Assembly: GCA_964035575.1 (NCBI GenBank)
Contig: OZ037836.1
Coordinates: 124,001 to 188,000 of the forward strand
Direction of reading: 5' to 3'
Source of the DNA: Rhynchopus sp. YZ270_cl-10
Lineage: Eukaryota
Length of the DNA: 64,000 nucleotides
Positions within the stretch are counted from its first letter, which is position 1, and each line of letters begins with the position of its first letter. Below are positions 57,155 to 64,000 of the stretch, in pieces. The position numbers were made by a program, and so were the translations under genes. The notes below the pieces were generated by a model. It saw nothing but the letters and a program-made list of their open reading frames with translations. It ran no database searches and was not told where the DNA came from.

Positions 57155-59648
57155 AAGGGGACAACGCAGAACGCGCAATTTTTCACGAGGGTCTCAAGCA
57201 TTTTTGTCAAATACTATGTGTTAACTAATAAGGGAAGATTATTCCTTCTTCTAAGGTGGCTGCTACCACACTTTCTCTTACCTCACTAAATATATACTCG
57301 GAATTTTTCACCGATTTTTTGTTTTAATGAACTCAGAAACTTAACTCTGAGTTCATTTTAAAAAAAAATCTTATAAAATAACAGAATACTAATTACTAGG
57401 ATGTTAGAAAGCTTAGAAGTTAAGATCTGCCCGGGGGTATTTATGGACAGACCCATGTATAACAATAACCTCTTGTCCAACGCACAGCTTTTGACTAAAG
57501 CATGCTGTACGTCGTGTTAGGCTAAATTGCTGATTCACAAAAAAAAGAGTAGTTGAAACGTGCTAAAAAACATCTCAGCCGAGCTCATGCAAAAGGGTGG
57601 GGGACGTGAGGTGTTCCGTACCGTAAAGAGAACGGAGGCGGTTCACGACCGCTCGGCGAATCACACGATTGTGCTGAGTGCTTATCTTATCTAGAATTGA
57701 TATCGTACGGGATGTTACAAGTTTTCGTTCTTAAAAGAGGGAAAAAAACAGAAAACAAGAAGAAAAGACAAGAAAAAAACAGAGATTGGACCCAACAAAG
57801 AGGGGAACAGACTATAAAGAATTATATCAAAAGAAGGGGAAAAGGTACCGAGGGTGGCCTCAGACTCGCACTACTTGGCTCGCCTCGAAAAGAAGAATAC
57901 ATCTCAATACATAAAAAATACGTTGGACAAAAAAATTTTTTGGGGTTGAGGAATTAGACAGGAACGTGCTGCTCCTGCTACTGCTTTCTTGAAAAATGGG
58001 GGGCTAAAAATTAATCAGTATTTTTTTCCACAATAACGCGTTTTTTTTTATGAGGACAAATACTTTGTGGTGGGAAATGATTAAAACATCTGAGACTCGT
58101 CGTTTATTCCTTTCCCCTATTATTGTGCACTCACCTCATTTCTGTACTTCAGGCTAAGGGTTTTTTCCCCTTTTGACATCCTTTTCTGGACGTTTTGGGG
58201 GGTAGAAAAAAAAACTTATTCCCGTAGCCAGAATTTAGCAAGACGGTGCCCACGCTATATCACTTCAGCAGCGCCATGCATGGCATCCAATGCAGGCTAG
58301 GGAAGTGGTCAAAAACACACTGTCATGACGCACAGCGGAGAAGGCTTGCCCTATTAGGGACTAACATTTCGTGTTTTTGTGGGTACCTGCGGCTTGATAT
58401 TTGGGTATCAAAACGGGAGGATGAAAAATCGCAAATACGGAAAAATGGGGGAGAGTGGGGGTGGAGGTTACCCGGGGAGGAGGTATGAACGACGTTGACG
58501 GCGATTCCTCACACCAGATGACGCCCAACGTAGAGTGCTTGAGCAAGAACAGACTGGGAAGGGACCTCAAAAACACACTGTTTTATTTTGTTTATGATTA
58601 CAGTCATCCAACCAGGTTGGTGGGGTAAAAACCCACCAAAATTTTCCGAGCCCCAAATCCACCAACGTTTTTACCCCACCAACCTTTGTTGGATGACTGT
58701 ACATGCAATGCTAAAAGGAAATTGAACACCGTACCCTCCCACCCTTTTTCCATTTTTATAATCCGGGGCGGGTTGGAGTAGAGCCACATTTCACCGACAG
58801 GTCGAGGTGTGTGCGTTTCACCACAACCTATCCCTTTTGTATTTATTGCTTTATTGTTGGGGGGTGGGGGAAAACATAAAAAGGAAAAGTAGGAGTACGG
58901 TTTCAATTTTTTGACAACACAGCAAAAAGGGGGTTTTTGTTCCAGGAAGATGTCAAACAAATGTTGATGACTCTATCTTCACACATGCCACAAGGAAGGG
59001 GAAAACGGAAAAAAATAGTCGAAACCAAAAACCAACCACACTACCGAGTCATAGTGTTTCCAGCGCTTTGAGTCAAGCCGAGTTGGGTGGAATGAGGGGC
59101 AGTGAACACTGCTTCGCTGGGAAGCTGCACTAACCCCTGCATTGGCCAATACAAGGAGAGGGGTGGAAAATAACCCCCTCCACGTACATACGTTGTTTCG
59201 CCACGTACGTGACAGTTAAAGAGGGAGAGAAAAAAAAGGAAAATATTTCAAGACACCCTCGCGCGGTAACTAGTTACTAAAGAAGAAACGAAACATATAA
59301 GACAAGCCAGGCTTTCACACAAGGCTTTCCAGTATCAAGAATCAAGAAGGAAAAATGAAAAAAACAAACGTTTTTTTTTCGGGTCAAAATGCAAGACGTG
59401 TTGTAAACAAAAAGGACAATGGGTGGGGATAATAGGTGTTGATGCAGGCAATTCTCGACTGACCCCACTGTCGATGCCAGCCATCCGGATCAAAAGAACA
59501 AAAAATTGTTTTTGAGTTGTGGTATTTATTAGTACGACTCTCGTGCTTGGTCATCTTAATAAAAAGGACCTGGCACGACAACCGCTCTGGGCTTAAAGAC
59601 AAGCTCAAAAGCAAAAGCGCCGAAGAAGCTCTCTCACTCCCTCATTCT

Positions 59649-62600
59649 TCACATCATCGTCCTCTGTCCTTGCACAGATCGTGTTCTTTTGTACTGTCTT
59701 GTGTCAAGGGGGTCTTGTGTTGCATCAATGGTGCTCCAACCATACGCACCTGCACTTGAAGAGTGTGCTGCAGTCTTGAGTGGTGTGCCACGCCCGGAGT
59801 GTCTGAAGGTTGCGTCTGGTTCAACGGTGTACACAGACGGTGCGGCGGCAATGGTGTCCTTGCGTGAGCTCGGAAGGGAGAACTGCGAAGCGGAGCATGA
59901 CAGTGTGGAGTCATGTGCCACGTGGTGTGGAGGGAGAGGGAGGGGAAGGTCCGGACGTATGTGGTCCACGTCTGCTGCACTGAATGCGCTTGTGGCCGGT
60001 GTGTAGTGGAGTTCTTGTGTGTCCGTAAGAGCTTCCTGGCCGTACGCATAGGCCTGCAGACGCATCCTGCGCTTGGTAGCAAAGAGGTACAGCTCCGTGC
60101 ACACATCGCACACAGCCTTGCATGCGAGCAGTACCGAGCACGCAATAAAGACCTTCGCAGCAGTGCCAAACGTCCAGTGCCCCGTGTCCTCAGCGTAGTA
60201 GCCCGCAGCCATCAGCCCCAGGCCTGCAGCCTGAAGGATCTGGAACGCAGGCAGCATGTACCCGTCGCGTGCGCGTGCGTGCGGCCACGTCGCAACCTCT
60301 GCACACAGCAGCACAACAAAGATCAGTGCACTGCTCAGCTTCTGGTGTCCGCACCCAATAAGCGTGTGCGCCGTCGAGCTGTTCACAGCAGAAACAGTCA
60401 GACTCGCAGCCATCTCGACGAAGGAAAAGCACACCCACTCCTCATGGTACGGGCGGATCACAGCTGCGTACCGCAGGTGCCACAGCTCTGCCTCGCAGCG
60501 GCTCACCCACTCGCCTGGGCCCACCACCGCACTCAGCCACGTCCTCCCCCCCCTCATGTCCGTGTCGTGCAGGTAGTACCCCTTGCGGGGCACACCCACA
60601 CGCACAGAGTACAGCACAAAGAACGGCACACCACAGCAGAACGCAAGCGCTGCAAAGCCAAGCAGAAACAGCGACGTCGACGGTGGGTAGAACACAAGCG
60701 CAATCGCCCCGAGTGCCGTGCCCTGCAGCAGGAACTGGAACACAAACAGCGGTGCTGAGGGGAACCGGCACATCCCCACAGCGTCAATCGCCTTGAAGTA
60801 GCCTGTGCACATCACCACCTGCACAACAACGCTCATCACCACCCAGAACGACACAGTCACCAGGAAGTTCCCCACCACAAGCCCTGCCGCCTGCGAGCCA
60901 AAGAGCGTCCACTGTGTGGGGTGCAGCACAAAGGGGTACGTGCGCTGTGCCATCGGCTCACCAAGCTTGCAGAGCTGCCCCACAACCGCAAGGCGCAGTG
61001 CCGAGCCAGCAGACGCACCCGACACCAGCGACGCAACACTCGACGCATCTGCGACACCTGCGGTGGCTGCGCTTGCACGCCCCATGTCCTCCACCACGGC
61101 ACCGCTGTGGTGTGCACGCACGTAGTCCTCTGTGCTTCCGTCTGACGAACTTTCTACGTCTCCCACAACGTACGTATCAGGTACGTCGCTTACCTGCGCA
61201 CCAGGCGCAGTCGTCGCAGGGGACACTGACGGAGGCTGCTGTGTAGGTGGCAGTGCCGTCGGTGTGGGGGACTGTGGGGATGCAGTGTCCTGTGCCTGTG
61301 TAGCTGGTGTCGCAGTGTCAGGTGCGTGCGTTTCGTCAACAGGGAGGGACGTGGGAACGGTGGTGTCTGGTGCTAATGTCGCAGGCGGGTTTGTTGGTGC
61401 CTGTGTAGCAGGTGTCGTAGTGCTTGGTGCAAACGTCTCGCCAACAGGGAGTGCCGTTGGTGTCAATGTGTCTGGTGCAGGTGTGTCCGGGACAGCTGTG
61501 CGTGGTGCCGGTGTTGGGGGTGCAACTGTGTCACCAAGAGGGAGTGACGTTGGAACAGTTGGGGACAGTGTGTCTGGTGCTGAGGTTGGTGGGGATGGTG
61601 TAGCAGGTGACAGTGTGGGTGGGAATGGGGTCGGAGGTGCGATCGTGAGTGGTGCAGGTGTGGCTGGTGGCAAAGTTTGTGGTGATGGTGTGGCTGGCGA
61701 TGACGTTGGCGGGGAAGGTGTTGCTGGTGCGGGCGTCGGTGGCGACTGTGTTGGTGGCGCTGGTGTTAGAGGAGACGACGTTTGCGGTGCTGGCGTCGTT
61801 GGTGCTGGCGTAGGTGGCGATGGTGTCACCGGCACTGTCGTTGGCGGCACTGGAGTGTCTGGTGACTGTGTCGGTGGCGAAGGTGTTTCTGGGGATGGTG
61901 TAAGTGGCGCTGGTGTAGGTGGCGAAGGTGTTGGTGGCGCTGACGTGGGTGGCGATGGTGTCACCGGCACTGTAGTTGGCGGCGCTGGAGTGGCTGGCGA
62001 CTGTGTTGGAGGCGACGGTGTTACTGGGGATGGTGTAAGTGGAGCTGGTGTAGGTGGCGATGGTGTTTCTGGGGCTGGTGTGAGTGGTGCTGGTGTCGGT
62101 GGCGTTACCGTGGGTGGCGACGGTGTTTCTGGGGATGGTGTAAGTGGTGCTGGTGTCGCTGGCGACGGTGTCACGACCCCCATCTTATACACATGCACAG
62201 TGTCGCCCTTGTACGTTATGTACCATGGCTTGCAGACGTACAGCCCTGTCATGTAACCTTTGTCTGTAGTCGCCCAGGGCGTGCTTGCTGTGCTGAAGAG
62301 GAAGGACGACGTCGCGCGGAAGTAATGCATGTTGTTGGGCGACGAGAAGAGCTCGTACGTGTAGATGTTGTTGGCTTCGAAGGTGGCCAAGGCGAAGGCG
62401 GTGGGGAGCTCTGATTTGACTGTGGTCGTGAAGTCGTCGAAGACCTGCACCTTGTCGTCTGCTAACATCATCAGCACACGCTCTGTCGCGTCGTAGCTCA
62501 TGGCATCCGTGTCCGGCACCGCCAGCTCGCGCGCAGGCACGACAACCTGCGGAAGAACAGAGGCGTCGTACGCCACGATCTTGTCGTCGCTCGCAATGTA

Positions 62601-63182
62601 CAGCAGATCGTTCCCCGCATCATACGCCATCTCCGTGCAACTCACCGCTAGCGACACAGTCGTGAACACCCACGGATCCGCATCAGGGTCCACCGTATGC
62701 AGCTTTGTGGAACAACACATAAACACAAACCCGGTCAGCGTGCTTTGCAGGATCCTGGCGCATGGCACCTGCCTGCTGAGCGGGATGCCGTCAGCGTCGG
62801 CGGCGCCGTTGAAGCTTGCGAGCGGCATTTCTGTGGACACCTTTGCGTAGTTCTGCCCACCCCTGTAGACGTACACGATGTGGAGGATCAGGTTGTCCGT
62901 ATGGTCCGTCACAGAGCGCAGGTCGCTGCTGTCGGGAAGCGATGCGGCACCTCCCGGCTCAAACCGTTGTGTGCTGCTGTCGTAGCAGTACTGCATGATC
63001 TGCTCCGTCACGCCAAATCGTATACAATCGTTCTGTGAAGACACACCAGACACGGTGCCTGAAGCAGCAGCAACGAAGCTGTGCTGAAACACTGGTGGGT
63101 CCTGTGCGGCGCACAGACGTAGCCCACTCCATTGAAGACAAAGTAAGAGTGTGCAGACGTTGAAAAGACGTCTGTACGCCAT
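59649..63182 (-). CDS. Paralogous mucin-stalk, about 7-TM surface protein, 1177 aa
   Basis: Intact ORF with signal peptide; TM module 60085-61143 near-identical to 32098-33156. Confidence 0.9.
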   Translation of the reverse strand: MAYRRLFNVCTLLLCLQWSGLRLCAAQDPPVFQHSFVAAASGTVSGVSSQNDCIRFGVTEQIMQYCYDSSTQRFEPGGAASLPDSSDLRSVTDHTDNLILHIVYVYRGGQNYAKVSTEMPLASFNGAADADGIPLSRQVPCARILQSTLTGFVFMCCSTKLHTVDPDADPWVFTTVSLAVSCTEMAYDAGNDLLYIASDDKIVAYDASVLPQVVVPARELAVPDTDAMSYDATERVLMMLADDKVQVFDDFTTTVKSELPTAFALATFEANNIYTYELFSSPNNMHYFRATSSFLFSTASTPWATTDKGYMTGLYVCKPWYITYKGDTVHVYKMGVVTPSPATPAPLTPSPETPSPPTVTPPTPAPLTPAPETPSPPTPAPLTPSPVTPSPPTQSPATPAPPTTVPVTPSPPTSAPPTPSPPTPAPLTPSPETPSPPTQSPDTPVPPTTVPVTPSPPTPAPTTPAPQTSSPLTPAPPTQSPPTPAPATPSPPTSSPATPSPQTLPPATPAPLTIAPPTPFPPTLSPATPSPPTSAPDTLSPTVPTSLPLGDTVAPPTPAPRTAVPDTPAPDTLTPTALPVGETFAPSTTTPATQAPTNPPATLAPDTTVPTSLPVDETHAPDTATPATQAQDTASPQSPTPTALPPTQQPPSVSPATTAPGAQVSDVPDTYVVGDVESSSDGSTEDYVRAHHSGAVVEDMGRASAATAGVADASSVASLVSGASAGSALRLAVVGQLCKLGEPMAQRTYPFVLHPTQWTLFGSQAAGLVVGNFLVTVSFWVVMSVVVQVVMCTGYFKAIDAVGMCRFPSAPLFVFQFLLQGTALGAIALVFYPPSTSLFLLGFAALAFCCGVPFFVLYSVRVGVPRKGYYLHDTDMRGGRTWLSAVVGPGEWVSRCEAELWHLRYAAVIRPYHEEWVCFSFVEMAASLTVSAVNSSTAHTLIGCGHQKLSSALIFVVLLCAEVATWPHARARDGYMLPAFQILQAAGLGLMAAGYYAEDTGHWTFGTAAKVFIACSVLLACKAVCDVCTELYLFATKRRMRLQAYAYGQEALTDTQELHYTPATSAFSAADVDHIRPDLPLPLPPHHVAHDSTLSCSASQFSLPSSRKDTIAAAPSVYTVEPDATFRHSGRGTPLKTAAHSSSAGAYGWSTIDATQDPLDTRQYKRTRSVQGQRTMM

Positions 63183-64000
63183 ACGGTACGCAGGGGTGTG
63201 GGGGTAGGGTCCTGTGGTATGTTTGTTGGAAGTTGGGTAAAAAAAAATGGTAAAGTGTATGAAGAAGAAGGGGAGAGTGCCTCAGGGGGGGTGGTTTGCT
63301 GTTTGTGTCATCATGTGGACAAAGCTGTCTTTTGAGGGCCATCTTGGAAAAGACGCACCCAGATCATGTGTGCAGACTTTGCGCACAATATAGGCAGGGA
63401 GAGGTACATTCCCGGCGCCAAAAATGCTCGAGAGACTCGTTCCTCTTTGCTTGTTGCTCAAAAGACTATAAACAGGGGGGGGGTAGGGGGGTCCACGTAG
63501 AAGGAATTCCTTAAGGATTTGCTGTCCCAAACCCATTTTTTTGAAATTTAGGTGAAGAAACCCACTAAAAAGGTCGTACCTGGCCGCAAATCGCCCTGGG
63601 GATCACGAAAATATCCCATTAAACCACCTGACAACCTCTACAGAGACTTTCCTGATTAAAAAAAATCGGTTTTTTGTGAAAAATCTCCAAAAATAGCGTC
63701 ATCAAATCGTCATCAACATGGGCCAAAATGCAACACTTACCAAAAAAATTCTCCAATCAGACAAAAATCCTTCTAAACACCCGAAAAACACCCCAGTCCA
63801 CATCCGGTGGGGTCCCAGGGTGGAAATATATAGTTTTTACAGCTTTTAGGGGTCCTGTGTGAGTACCAGATGCATTTTGCAGTGGGTGTGTGTGCCCCAA
63901 ACGCTTAAAAGTACCCTTTTTATAGTCACTTTTTTGACTTTTTTTGTACCTGAAAACCCCCAAAAAAGTGCCAAGGTAGTCGGAATGGTGTCCAAACACC

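Noticed and set aside
54600..59600. Short ORFs in the 5-kb AT-rich spacer
   Set aside because: Low-complexity, homopolymer-rich translations with no motifs; no tRNA or rRNA recognised.

Overview
Eukaryotic, intron-poor, transposon-rich protist DNA. A euglenozoan (diplonemid/kinetoplastid-like) origin is inferred, not proven. All credible host genes lie on the minus strand. The window is dominated by an expanded family of ubiquitin-like (UBL) + 25-aa BspA/TpLRR-like leucine-rich-repeat genes. It has two subfamilies with different C-terminal address tags: three copies end in a CaaX box (CVCM), and six carry a bipartite-NLS tail, three of them disrupted. Other genes: two multi-TM class III nucleotidyl-cyclase-like genes with degenerate catalytic residues (one frameshifted), a theta-class GST ending in PTS1 (AKL), a secreted phosphoesterase/phospholipase C with a ricin-type tail, and two large mucin-stalk multi-TM surface proteins. 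The standout feature is an intact 7.76-kb non-LTR retrotransposon (43033-50788, minus strand, 19-bp TSD) inserted into a UBL-LRR gene. Its first nucleotide begins a sequence folding as an HDV-like self-cleaving ribozyme. ORF1 carries an apparently inactive RNase H fold plus an OTU deubiquitinase domain with Cys/His retained. ORF2 (APE endonuclease-RT-zinc knuckle-triple Cys/His repeat) has no AUG start. Also present: a TSD-less non-autonomous element family (rolling-circle-like), hAT- and TA-type MITEs, tyrosine-recombinase retroelement remnants and (GTACA)n satellites.
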